Shown here piece after piece: positions 1-9,234 of a DNA stretch of 64,000 nt (position 1 is the stretch's first letter; each line of letters opens with the position of its first letter). This DNA comes from a virus, in IMG/VR virus record IMGVR_UViG_3300027763_000040, positions 34,874 through 98,873 of that record; one strand, 5' to 3'. The notes under the pieces were generated by a model that ran no database searches, was not told where the DNA came from, and saw only the letters and a list, made by a program, of their open reading frames with translations. A program made the position numbers and the translations under genes.

Positions 1-509
1 TTATTAATAACCTTTGGCGGAACATCTCTTGGAGATTTCTGAGATGTTGAATTTGATTCACTTGTTTGACTATTATATACTTTACCATTTGGATCTGCAA
101 CATTATCAGTATACCCAGTAAATGGAACGAATGGAGAAACATAGTCATTGGATGGAACTTGACTTGTTCTACCAAAAAGTCCCATAATTACAGGATTTTG
201 TCCATTATCTCCGTCCAAGAAAAATCCAAAAACAACATCACCAGGTCGAAGTTTGGGATTTGTTGAGTAATTTGCTGCGCCAGATCCAGAAGTTGTTGGA
301 AGAAGAACTTGCGCCCAGGGCAAATCTTCATTCTTAAGTTCTACATTATTATATGGGTGATAACCCATAATACGAACTTTACAACGATTTCCCCATCCAC
401 CACCATTAGTCTGCTTTCCTTGAGACTCAATTGGTGGAATTTGCCCAATCCACCAACGAAATCCATCTCTTCCTATAAAATTACTTTGAAGTAGTGATTG
501 ATCAATCAT
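1..509 (-). CDS. gp5: Baseplate hub / tail lysozyme gp5-like protein, 5' part (runs off the window edge)
   Basis: Not in the ORF track. Read by hand from ATG at 509: MIDQSLLQSNFIGRDGFRWWIGQIPPIE...RCKVRIMGYHP...LPWAQV, the typical cyanomyovirus gp5 OB-fold N-terminus. ATGA overlap with the upstream stop codon. Confidence 0.85.
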   Translation of the reverse strand, partial: MIDQSLLQSNFIGRDGFRWWIGQIPPIESQGKQTNGGGWGNRCKVRIMGYHPYNNVELKNEDLPWAQVLLPTTSGSGAANYSTNPKLRPGDVVFGFFLDGDNGQNPVIMGLFGRTSQVPSNDYVSPFVPFTGYTDNVADPNGKVYNSQTSESNSTSQKSPRDVPPKVIN

Positions 510-1828
510 TTCTTTTTGGGTCCGAATGTATCTCTAATTAACTTCATAGAAGTATATGATCTTTCAACATCAAAATGATGGCATAATTCTTTTATCATAT
601 ATAGACCACTTGTTTCTGAATCATATTCTTTTGCATCAGATTCGGAAATTTTGGGAAATTGACATTCGATAATATCACCTGCTCTCAAATTTGTATTTGA
701 GGGAACCATAATACTCATAGTTTGTGTGAAAAGAGTGTTATATCTCATCAATGATTGTGATTGGTGTAATGATGGATCCGAATTTTGCGATGTAGATACG
801 CCTGGATCCATTGTTCCAACATCCAAAATTTGACTCATAATTCTTGTTGGTACTTCATCGAGACCTAGATTGGAACTATTTGAAATTTTTGGAAGTTCTA
901 ATTTTTTACCTAGATTCTTTGTTTTTTTAGAATAATTATTATATGTAAATACAGTGTTTGAAAAATTAAAATCCAATGGATTGAAGAATAATCTTTGACT
1001 AGAATACGCCCCTAATCTAAGTTTTTCTATTAGATTTTGATTTTTATCAGTAATATAATTTAAAATTTTCAAATCATTATCATCTTTCTTATCTTCAGAA
1101 TCATAAGAAGTTGTTGCTTCACTATATGTGTATGTTGCTTTTGGAGATTGTTCAATCAAATTATCAATAGATCTAAATTGGAATCCATCAATTGTTTGAT
1201 AAAATAAAAATCCTGCTGTACCAGATCCAGAAGATTCGGGAACAGATTTTGATGCTAACCAAGTTAAAATTGTAAATGGTTTTCTCATATTTCCAACAAA
1301 ACCATATTTGTTTGAGGTCTTATCAATTTTTCCAATTTTTTTCGCTATCAAATAGTCATTAAGAATTGCTCTAACAGAATTATCAATTGTTGATGATGGG
1401 TTAAATTTTTTTGGAACTCTAGAAGTTTCATTTGTAATTGATTCTCTTGAAGTTAAATGAAGAGTAAAACTTTCTCTTTGAGTCTCAGAAATTACATCAG
1501 TAATACTTGAAACATAAAGATAACCATTAGAATTTTTTGAAAAATCTAATCCTGGATTTTTTTCACTGTTTCCTGAAATTCTTATTGATAATCTCTCTCC
1601 ACCTCTTAAAGGAAGTCCATTATAAATTGATTGCTTATCTCCATCTGGATTTTCTTTGGGAGCAATTACATTTCCAGTGTCCATTACTTTAATTTTGGCA
1701 GTAATGGTAGGTGAAAAAATATCTTCAAAATATTCAACTGCAATAGTACCACTACTAATATCAACAGTTCTACTTTGATCGTTTGATTCTATAATTAATT
1801 CTTCAAATATAGATTTTTTTATTGACAT
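506..1828 (-). CDS. Conserved baseplate hub protein (gp27-like inferred)
   Basis: 440 aa directly upstream of gp5. Motifs YFEDIFSP, GF.FYQT.DGF.FRSID and SGLYMIKELCH are typical of the cyanomyovirus pre-gp5 gene. The gp27 assignment is by position. Confidence 0.6.
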   Translation of the reverse strand: MSIKKSIFEELIIESNDQSRTVDISSGTIAVEYFEDIFSPTITAKIKVMDTGNVIAPKENPDGDKQSIYNGLPLRGGERLSIRISGNSEKNPGLDFSKNSNGYLYVSSITDVISETQRESFTLHLTSRESITNETSRVPKKFNPSSTIDNSVRAILNDYLIAKKIGKIDKTSNKYGFVGNMRKPFTILTWLASKSVPESSGSGTAGFLFYQTIDGFQFRSIDNLIEQSPKATYTYSEATTSYDSEDKKDDNDLKILNYITDKNQNLIEKLRLGAYSSQRLFFNPLDFNFSNTVFTYNNYSKKTKNLGKKLELPKISNSSNLGLDEVPTRIMSQILDVGTMDPGVSTSQNSDPSLHQSQSLMRYNTLFTQTMSIMVPSNTNLRAGDIIECQFPKISESDAKEYDSETSGLYMIKELCHHFDVERSYTSMKLIRDTFGPKKK

Positions 1829-3798
1829 TATAGATACGCTAGCTCTAGAAGAAGTTTTTGCTTAATAAATCTATTTAACAAGTAAGTATTATCTACTTGA
1901 CCAGTAGGTTTTTTTCCTTCTGTTGGATAAGATGCTACTGTGGTTTGTGGAGGTGGTGATGATTCGGGAACATCGACAACAATTGTTTGACCTTTTCTTT
2001 CTGGAGTAATTACTTGTTCAACATTTGATTTTGCTGTAGGATATAAATTTGCCTTCGCTGGTTTTCCAGAAAGATCCGATCCAGAAGATCCAGAAGCACC
2101 GTGAGAAACGGTAATTCCCTGACTTCCAACAATTTCTGCCTCTCTTCCATATCCTCCCCTATAATAGACCGAACCTACGGCAAAGGGAAATTTAGTTGCC
2201 GATCCTGGTTGAGATGGAAAAGTTCTTTGCACTGAAGGATTAGTTTCCTGTATATCAACTGCCATGCTGCTTCTTGCACCATGTGCTTGCTGTTCTGCAG
2301 CAATTTGAGATTTTAGAGTTGCATCATCTTTACTTGCAAAAATTCCAGCATTTCCAAAATAAACACTAGATCCTCTTGCAAACATTGCCTTTACAGCATA
2401 AAAGGCAACATCTCTAATTCTTGCAAGTATTGATGGATCATTTGTTTTGGAAGAATAATCCAAATGAAAATGTGTTGCATATAATTTATCTTTACCATTT
2501 CCAGATCCACCCTGAATAAATCCACCAGACCCACTTTGGGGTATAAGTGATAATCCAGTGGAAGTATTTGTAGGTTTTGTTGAGATTGTTGTTGGAGTTG
2601 GTTTTGCTGATTGTGTTGGTTGTGCCTTTGATACTGGAGTTCTTCTCGCCTGCTCAACAATTGCCCTTTCTTTAGTAGAGTATTTGGATCCTCCAGAAGT
2701 CCAAGGTGCTATTCCCCTTTCTTGCATTAATGCAAGTGCCATTCTATCTTGATTTTCGGGACTAAATTGATCGCTTGGTTTTAAACCTGCAGAATTCATT
2801 GCTCCTGGAAGAGTATTACCAATCATTTGATATTTTCCAGCAGCATGAACTCCCAAATCAGGTTTTGCGTTTCTTGGATATTTTCTTTCATTTTGACGAT
2901 CAATGACTTCACCAATGGTCATATCAGTTAAATTTTTACCAATAATATCTTTTGAAGTTTTGCCTCCCATAGTTGATCCAACTATGTTTCCATTTTTATC
3001 AGTTCCTTGATTCATAGCATTATAATTGCCACCACTTTCTGGACCAGCAATAATATCCAATGCTTGTTTATGAATTCCTCCTACAGGGCTAGAAGGTGTT
3101 GATGGTTGAGGATAAAGTGTATTTGGCGCTTCTTCTCCTAATGGTGGTGCTTCTTCTTCAGTATCAGAAGATTGTGTAAGTGGTGTGGTTAATAATTTAT
3201 AAGCTTGAAACAATTCATCATTTACAGATTGCATGGAAGAATTTAAATCTAAAAATGAATTTTTTACTCTGCCTGATTGATCAGTAAAATCAAAAGTTGC
3301 TATGTTAGTAACAACACTTGTTAAAAGAGTTCCAAAATTACTTATTATATTTAAAGTATCTCCTATAAAATCCGATATTAAACTTCCAACTTTAAATACT
3401 CTAGAAATAAATTCCTTTCCTATAAAAATTATTGTTGGCAAATTCTCAACTAACCATCCAGCAGTTAAAAATCCAAGAAATCCCAATAATCTCTGAAATG
3501 GTCCAGCAGAACTTGAACTAATCATTCTAAATCCACTTGTTGGATTTGTAGTTACTTTTGATGCTTCAATCCTATCTTCAATTTCCTTTCTTCTAGATGC
3601 TTCTCTTCTTCTTGCATCAAGAATACTTGATTTAAATGCCAATCTTTCCTTTTCTTTCGTATTAGATGATATTACTCTAGAAATTTTATTAATAGAAATA
3701 TTAGATTTTAAGATTTGGTTTTTTGTAGTATTAATAGATCTATTAGCATCTTCGGATGCAAGTAAAGATAATCTAAAAGAACTGGATATAGATGCCAT
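1828..3798 (-). CDS. Tail-associated lysin / tape-measure-type protein with a lysozyme-like domain and a C-terminal metallopeptidase-like region
   Basis: Helical N-terminal half. Central PESGGNYNA...AAGKYQMI...FSPENQDRMA is the lambda-lysozyme/lytic transglycosylase-like motif set. C-terminal HFH, H-x8-D and GGYG motifs. Confidence 0.65.
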   Translation of the reverse strand: MASISSSFRLSLLASEDANRSINTTKNQILKSNISINKISRVISSNTKEKERLAFKSSILDARRREASRRKEIEDRIEASKVTTNPTSGFRMISSSSAGPFQRLLGFLGFLTAGWLVENLPTIIFIGKEFISRVFKVGSLISDFIGDTLNIISNFGTLLTSVVTNIATFDFTDQSGRVKNSFLDLNSSMQSVNDELFQAYKLLTTPLTQSSDTEEEAPPLGEEAPNTLYPQPSTPSSPVGGIHKQALDIIAGPESGGNYNAMNQGTDKNGNIVGSTMGGKTSKDIIGKNLTDMTIGEVIDRQNERKYPRNAKPDLGVHAAGKYQMIGNTLPGAMNSAGLKPSDQFSPENQDRMALALMQERGIAPWTSGGSKYSTKERAIVEQARRTPVSKAQPTQSAKPTPTTISTKPTNTSTGLSLIPQSGSGGFIQGGSGNGKDKLYATHFHLDYSSKTNDPSILARIRDVAFYAVKAMFARGSSVYFGNAGIFASKDDATLKSQIAAEQQAHGARSSMAVDIQETNPSVQRTFPSQPGSATKFPFAVGSVYYRGGYGREAEIVGSQGITVSHGASGSSGSDLSGKPAKANLYPTAKSNVEQVITPERKGQTIVVDVPESSPPPQTTVASYPTEGKKPTGQVDNTYLLNRFIKQKLLLELAYL

Positions 3799-3799
3799 C

Positions 3800-5542
3800 T
3801 TACATTACCACATTATAATTTAACTGAGAATACAAGATATAAAAATTATCAGGGTTTGCTGAATTTATCAATGGAACATCAGTCATACTTTCACCAGTAC
3901 TTGGAAAAACTTTCTGTGATTTTTGTGGAGATTGTCCAGATGATGTGACGATAACATTTGGTTTTGCTTCGGGCAAATTACCTACATTTGGAACTGGTTT
4001 TGGTATATTTTGAACTTGAGCTGGTTGTATATTTAATTTTTTCTCATTTGATTGAGTGGGTGAAGTTACTTCTGGAATATTTTGTTCATTTGTTTTAGAC
4101 TCTACCTCTAATTTTTGTTCAGATTGTTTACTATCAAATGAATTTTCGATACGCTTAAATTCTGGATTTGATGTGTCAATATTGAAAGTATAATTACCAA
4201 CTCCAGCAGTCATTGGTGTTTGTGGAGTAGATTTAATTTCAGGTTGTGTTGGTGCTGGTGAAGGTGTTGCTGAATTAATCTTTGGTTGTGTTGCTGTTAC
4301 TGATGGTGCAGCTGCTGGTGAAGGTGTTGCTGAATTAATCTTTGGTTGTGTTGCTGTTACTGATGGTGCAGCTGCTGGTGAAGGTGTTGATTTTTGTGAA
4401 TTAATTTTTGGTTTTGCTGTTTCTGATGATTTTTCTGCTGGTTTTGGTGCATTTGCTCCTGTAAGAAGGTCAGTACCTTTTCCTGCAAGTATAAATCCTG
4501 CAGCTCCACCAGCAATCATTCCTGGAAGTTTTAATGGTCCTGGCAATTTTGCCCCCATCTGAGCGCCTTTTTCTGCCCCATAAAGACTAGCAGCAGTTCC
4601 TGCTCCCGCCTGAACATTTGTTTGTCCCTCATTCTTTCTTTCTATAAATTCGGTAGCACCCAGAACAACATTAACGGCACCTTTAGCAACACCCTTAAGT
4701 ACATTACCAGTATTTTTTAATAATCCACTAGTGGCACCCTCTGTTGCACCTTTAGTGGCGGCCGTTGTTGCGCCTTTAGCAGCACCACCACTAAAAATAC
4801 TTTTTGCCGTAGATGTAACTGCTTTAATTGGAGCGGTAATAATTTTTCCAATCAATCCTGTAATTTTTGCAACAACACTTCCAAGTGTTTTAATAATTAA
4901 ATTAAATCCACCTTTAATTGTAAAAAGAATTCCAGCGGCAATACCAAGATGTTTAATAATATTATTTTTAATCTCAGTAAGTTTACTCCTATCTCCTTGC
5001 TGCTTAGCATCAAAAAATTTAACTAACTCATTTGTTAGCCACCCAGCAAAAAGAAATGTGAGTGCCTTTTGAACATTACCAAAAATATCTTGAACTTTTG
5101 GTGTAAGTTTTTGAACTGGTATAAGAACTGCAGATTGTATTTTCTGCTCTATCTCATTTTCTTTACCAATTCTTATTTCCTGTTCTGCATATCTTCTTTG
5201 TCTTTCTGCTTCTGATATTAATCTAGATTGGTCGGAAGCACCATCTTGCTGAATTAATACTGCAATTTTTTCTAATCCAGAATTTAAAGTTACAACTTGC
5301 TGATTGAGATTTTTAACCTGAGTATCAAGTGCAATTAAAGATTGTTGATTTGTTTGTGCAAGTTGTAAATTTTGATTATTATTCTCTACATATTGGGATA
5401 TAAAAGTAGTATCTCCCCTAAAGGATGAACTTGATATTTTTGTACTATTTAAAATTGCCTGCCTTACTTCTTTGGACAGCGGAGATCCTGTAATTGGATC
5501 TACTCCATTACTAGCAACTGATTTTAAATCAACTTCCGCCAT
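3800..5542 (-). CDS. Tape-measure-like / baseplate hub-associated protein
   Basis: 580 aa: coiled-coil N-terminus, Gly/Ala-rich amphipathic middle, Pro/Thr-rich tail. Lies just downstream of gp26/gp51. Confidence 0.5.
   Translation of the reverse strand: MAEVDLKSVASNGVDPITGSPLSKEVRQAILNSTKISSSSFRGDTTFISQYVENNNQNLQLAQTNQQSLIALDTQVKNLNQQVVTLNSGLEKIAVLIQQDGASDQSRLISEAERQRRYAEQEIRIGKENEIEQKIQSAVLIPVQKLTPKVQDIFGNVQKALTFLFAGWLTNELVKFFDAKQQGDRSKLTEIKNNIIKHLGIAAGILFTIKGGFNLIIKTLGSVVAKITGLIGKIITAPIKAVTSTAKSIFSGGAAKGATTAATKGATEGATSGLLKNTGNVLKGVAKGAVNVVLGATEFIERKNEGQTNVQAGAGTAASLYGAEKGAQMGAKLPGPLKLPGMIAGGAAGFILAGKGTDLLTGANAPKPAEKSSETAKPKINSQKSTPSPAAAPSVTATQPKINSATPSPAAAPSVTATQPKINSATPSPAPTQPEIKSTPQTPMTAGVGNYTFNIDTSNPEFKRIENSFDSKQSEQKLEVESKTNEQNIPEVTSPTQSNEKKLNIQPAQVQNIPKPVPNVGNLPEAKPNVIVTSSGQSPQKSQKVFPSTGESMTDVPLINSANPDNFYILYSQLNYNVVM
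4254..4388. repeat. 60-bp perfect tandem repeat (about 2.2 copies) encoding TPSPAAAPSVTATQPKINSA
   Basis: 4261-4320 and 4321-4380 are identical. Confidence 0.95.
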
Positions 5543-5708
5543 TTGATTGATTCTTCAGATTTTCTTCTTCGATGTATTGTTGGAGAAGAGATACATAAAT
5601 TTCTCTTTCCCAAGGTATCATATTTTCTAACTCCGTCAAAGAGTATTTATGATGTTGAATCAAAGCAAAGTTCGTTTTATAGTATGACGCAAGATCTTCA
5701 TGCGACAT
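5529..5708 (-). CDS. gp51: Baseplate hub assembly protein gp51-like (59 aa)
   Basis: Below the ORF-track cutoff. Read by hand: MSHEDLASYYKTNFALIQHHKYSLTELENMIPWEREIYVSLLQQYIEEENLKNQSNGGS. The F.L.QHH.YSL.ELENM.PWER.IY signature is present. Confidence 0.9.
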   Translation of the reverse strand: MSHEDLASYYKTNFALIQHHKYSLTELENMIPWEREIYVSLLQQYIEEENLKNQSNGGS

Positions 5709-5710
5709 AC

Positions 5711-6430
5711 CTAAGCGAAAAAACTTGACAATCCCTCTAAAACAACTGTGCTTTCAACATTAGTATTTGGATTTTTGAGACTAACAGTATGAGAAAGTTT
5801 TGGCATAGTCTCAAAGAATTTTTCAATTTCTTTAAATTGATTAGAAGTTAATTGCTCCAAAAATTGAATTAGATCTTTGTTGGAAAAATCACTTGCATTC
5901 CAAGACTCTTCTTCGCTATAAACTTGCTCAATGCATGAACAGATCAGGTCAAAAGTATCATCAACACTAACATCATTAGTATTGGAAAAATTACTTTTAA
6001 TAAATTCCTGTATAGATGGATACTTCATTCTCATTGTCAAAGCATCGTCCAATTTAATATCCCGAGAATGTTGATCACTAACTTCAACTTTAATTTCGTC
6101 AAGATTGATACTTACTGGTACTTTTGTTACACCATCATCTGGGCAAGTAATCAAAACATTTACAGTTTCTCCTACAGATTTTCCACGAATATTTAAAAAT
6201 AGATATTCAATATCAAATGTGGATAGTTTTTCAATTTTGATTCCTCTTGTAATCAAACAGTTTGAAATTACATTTTTAACAGCATCTGCAATTTGCTTGG
6301 AATCTTCACTTTCCATTGCAATGATAAGAATTTTTTCTTCCTTTACAAGAAATGGTCTATATTTAATTGTTTTTTTAATTGAAGGAATTTCCAACTCATA
6401 TGTTGGTGTAGAGATTGTTGGTAAAGGCAT
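5711..6430 (-). CDS. gp26: Baseplate hub subunit / assembly chaperone gp26-like
   Basis: MPLP.I.TPTYEL, YRPFLVKEEKIL, LNIRGKSVGE and C-terminal LEGL..FF signatures. Confidence 0.9.
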   Translation of the reverse strand: MPLPTISTPTYELEIPSIKKTIKYRPFLVKEEKILIIAMESEDSKQIADAVKNVISNCLITRGIKIEKLSTFDIEYLFLNIRGKSVGETVNVLITCPDDGVTKVPVSINLDEIKVEVSDQHSRDIKLDDALTMRMKYPSIQEFIKSNFSNTNDVSVDDTFDLICSCIEQVYSEEESWNASDFSNKDLIQFLEQLTSNQFKEIEKFFETMPKLSHTVSLKNPNTNVESTVVLEGLSSFFA

Positions 6431-6464
6431 AATGACCTATAGAATTCAGTAAATTTATTTAGGG

Positions 6465-7277
6465 TCAAATTGTTTGAATAGGATTGTATGGTCCACCAAC
6501 TCCTCTTGGTCTTGGATCATCCAATCTTCCCGTACCTTGATTTAGATTTCTCCAAAGCATTTCCTGCTTACCAGTAGCAAGTTTATTTGGCAATACACTA
6601 TTGTCAATTGTAGCAGATGCTGGTATTAAATTATTGTTAATATTTTGATAAATTGATAAACTAGTAGTTCTTCCTGCAATATAACGATCAAATTGGAATG
6701 AAACGTTGATGAGCATTATATTTGAAGAACTATATGAAACTGGAATTGAGGATATGCTTAACGGGAAAAGTCCAATAAAGTTATACTCAATTTCTGCATT
6801 ATAATCTCGATCAAATTTAATTATTTTTGTGGATTCCGATTTATAGTATTTTGGATACTGCATCCTAACAAAATATGCCTGAGATTCTTGCCGAATAGGA
6901 TTAGAAACTCCTGCAATTGGATTATAAGAACCACTCGTAGTGAATTCCATCCAATATTCTAAAAATTTTAATATATTATAATTACTATCAACATAAAATT
7001 CCATCGAAATTTGAGAATAAACTTTCGAATGGGCAAATTTTTCTTGAACTCCTATATGATTATAAATCTCCCCAGATCCCAATTGAAATGTTGGAAGAGA
7101 TGTGGAAGAACACAGAAGTCCAGCATCATTGGTAATAAATCTTTGAGTTATTCCTCTCCTATCCAAATAGGACAGCAATTGACCACTAAATCCACCAAAT
7201 TGAACTTCATAGTGTGAAGTTTGGGCAAGATTTGAAAATAGTGGTTTAATGTCCGATATTCTACGCGGTGAAGCCAC
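6465..7277 (-). CDS. Tail-tube-family protein (baseplate tail tube initiator, gp54-like)
   Basis: LC...SLP, F..D..Y....F.E.W and Y.F.G.FP.SI...V.Y pattern of the gp19/gp54 fold. Position between gp26 and gp4 fits. GTG start. Confidence 0.65.
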   Translation of the reverse strand: MASPRRISDIKPLFSNLAQTSHYEVQFGGFSGQLLSYLDRRGITQRFITNDAGLLCSSTSLPTFQLGSGEIYNHIGVQEKFAHSKVYSQISMEFYVDSNYNILKFLEYWMEFTTSGSYNPIAGVSNPIRQESQAYFVRMQYPKYYKSESTKIIKFDRDYNAEIEYNFIGLFPLSISSIPVSYSSSNIMLINVSFQFDRYIAGRTTSLSIYQNINNNLIPASATIDNSVLPNKLATGKQEMLWRNLNQGTGRLDDPRPRGVGGPYNPIQTI

Positions 7278-7278
7278 T

Positions 7279-7312
7279 CTAAATACCTATTATATGTCGT
7301 ATTAGTATTTAG
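7279..7312. promoter_or_regulatory. Pair of oppositely oriented T4-type late promoters (CTAAATA + at 7279-7285; - at 7306-7312)
   Basis: Both motifs lie in the 35-bp gap between the divergent gp54-like and gp4 genes. Confidence 0.7.
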
Positions 7313-7750
7313 ATGTCATATAAGGGAAAATATCAACCAGCATTCCCCAAAAAGTATAAGGGCGATCCATCAAATATCACATATAGGTCTTTGTGGGAAC
7401 GTAAATTTATGGTGTATTGTGATACTAATGAAAATATTTTAGAATGGGGAAGTGAAGAATTGGCGCTTCCTTATAGATCTCCAATAGATAATCGCATTCA
7501 TAGATACTTTCCAGACTTTTATATTAAGGTCAAAGAAAGTAACGGTTCAATTAAGAAATATCTAATTGAAATCAAACCAAAAAAACAAACAGTAGAACCA
7601 ATACCACAAAAAAGAAAAACAAAAGGATATATCTATGAAGTTTATGAATATGCTAAAAATCAGGCAAAATGGAAAGTGGCGCGGGAATTCTGTGAAGATC
7701 GCCAATGGGAATTTAAAGTTTTAACCGAAGATGATTTGGGGATTAAATAA
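7313..7750 (+). CDS. gp4: Head completion nuclease
   Basis: YKGKY.P..P.KY.GDP, YRSLWE, HRYFPDF, EIKP and NQAKW..A motifs. Confidence 0.95.
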   Translation: MSYKGKYQPAFPKKYKGDPSNITYRSLWERKFMVYCDTNENILEWGSEELALPYRSPIDNRIHRYFPDFYIKVKESNGSIKKYLIEIKPKKQTVEPIPQKRKTKGYIYEVYEYAKNQAKWKVAREFCEDRQWEFKVLTEDDLGIK

Positions 7751-8316
7751 TGGCATCTAAATTAACTGGATACGAGAAACAATTAGACAGTTATACTAAA
7801 AATGAATTGGTCGAAATTGCACAGAAATATACAATTTATTATATTGGAGAATCTGGTCAAGGAAAAACATCTGGTTATAGCAAATTAACAAAAGAAAAGT
7901 TAATTTCAATTATTCGTAATGATAATGACTATAAGGATGCAAATCCAAATATTAATAATAGACCAGTTAATAGAATTCAAAGACTGGTTAACAGTTTATA
8001 TGGAACTGAGGAACCTGAGGAACTGATGGATTATATTTTGGAAGCACTGTCTGATGGAGGAAGTTCAAGTACATCCAAAGGAAAATACTACACCTTTTTA
8101 TATTATGCAAAAACTCCAAGAATAACTTACGATCAACATCCACTTATTCTTGCTGGCGATTCTACTGCAAATGGATTTTATGGATTCAATTATCACTGGG
8201 GAAAAGTACGCCGATATACTTATCCAGAAGCTGCTAGTCCATTTTTTGAAGTTTCAGTTCGAGAATTTTATTCCTTGAAGCAACTTCCTTATGCAAAATA
8301 TATTACAAAGACCTGA
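7750..8316 (+). CDS. gp2: DNA end protector gp2-like, with an extra N-terminal helix-extension-helix segment
   Basis: GKYYTF.Y.AKT, YDQHPLI and G.N.HW...R.Y motifs. Position after gp4. Confidence 0.7.
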   Translation: MASKLTGYEKQLDSYTKNELVEIAQKYTIYYIGESGQGKTSGYSKLTKEKLISIIRNDNDYKDANPNINNRPVNRIQRLVNSLYGTEEPEELMDYILEALSDGGSSSTSKGKYYTFLYYAKTPRITYDQHPLILAGDSTANGFYGFNYHWGKVRRYTYPEAASPFFEVSVREFYSLKQLPYAKYITKT

Positions 8317-8336
8317 TAAATAGTTAGAAAACAATA

Positions 8337-9233
8337 ATGGCAGGATCTTTAAGATATCCGATTAAAAACATAGGAATAAATGATGATTATCTCAGAATAG
8401 AGATTGTTGAATATGTTCCACCTGGACTTGGGCAGCAAGGGCAAGGATTTGCATTGGGAACTACGGATCAAGCAATAAAAAATAATAAAAAACTATTACA
8501 GACGATTATATTACCAATACCACAAAATATTTCAGATTCAAATTCTGCTAGTTGGGGAGAAAATTCATTAGATTCTGTTGCGGGTGGACTTATGAGTGGA
8601 ACTGCAGATGTAATGTCCTCATCAACTCCATTTAATACTGGATTAAAAGCAGTAAAAGGTGTAATTGATAAAGTTACGGGAGGAGTTACTGATGCTACAG
8701 GACAAAAAGCAGCAACGACAGCATTTACAGGATTAGCAGTACAAACATTATTAAGTGGAGAAGCAAATATTAATCAACTAGTTTCCAGATCAACTGGAGC
8801 AGTTATTAATCAGAATGTTGAGTTGTTATTTGGAGGAGTTACGATTAGAACACCATTTCAATTTTCATACGACTTGATACCCAGATCTGAAGAAGAATCG
8901 TTAGTGGTTAAAAATATTATTAGATTATTCAAACAAAATATGACAGCAAGTAAAGGTAGTGCAGAGTCTAATGGTGGAGGATTTTTTGTAAAATCTCCAA
9001 ATGTATTCTTACTATCTTACATGAGTGGTGGAAAAATACACCCATTTTTAAACAAATTTAAACCTTGTGCTCTATTAAATATGGGAGTAAACTATACTGC
9101 TTCTGGACAGTATGCAACTTATTCAGATGCTACTCCAGTTCATCTACAACTAAGTCTTTCATTTCAAGAATTATCTGTTGTATATGCTGAAGATTATAAT
9201 GAAGGAGACGGTACAATAGGAGTAGGTTACTAA
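8337..9233 (+). CDS. gp48: Baseplate tail tube cap
   Basis: LRYP, I.LPIP..ISDSN..SW, N.N.ELLF.G...R.F.F...PRS.EE and L.LSFQEL motifs. Late promoter ATAAATA at 8316-8322. Confidence 0.9.
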   Translation: MAGSLRYPIKNIGINDDYLRIEIVEYVPPGLGQQGQGFALGTTDQAIKNNKKLLQTIILPIPQNISDSNSASWGENSLDSVAGGLMSGTADVMSSSTPFNTGLKAVKGVIDKVTGGVTDATGQKAATTAFTGLAVQTLLSGEANINQLVSRSTGAVINQNVELLFGGVTIRTPFQFSYDLIPRSEEESLVVKNIIRLFKQNMTASKGSAESNGGGFFVKSPNVFLLSYMSGGKIHPFLNKFKPCALLNMGVNYTASGQYATYSDATPVHLQLSLSFQELSVVYAEDYNEGDGTIGVGY

Positions 9234-9234
9234 A

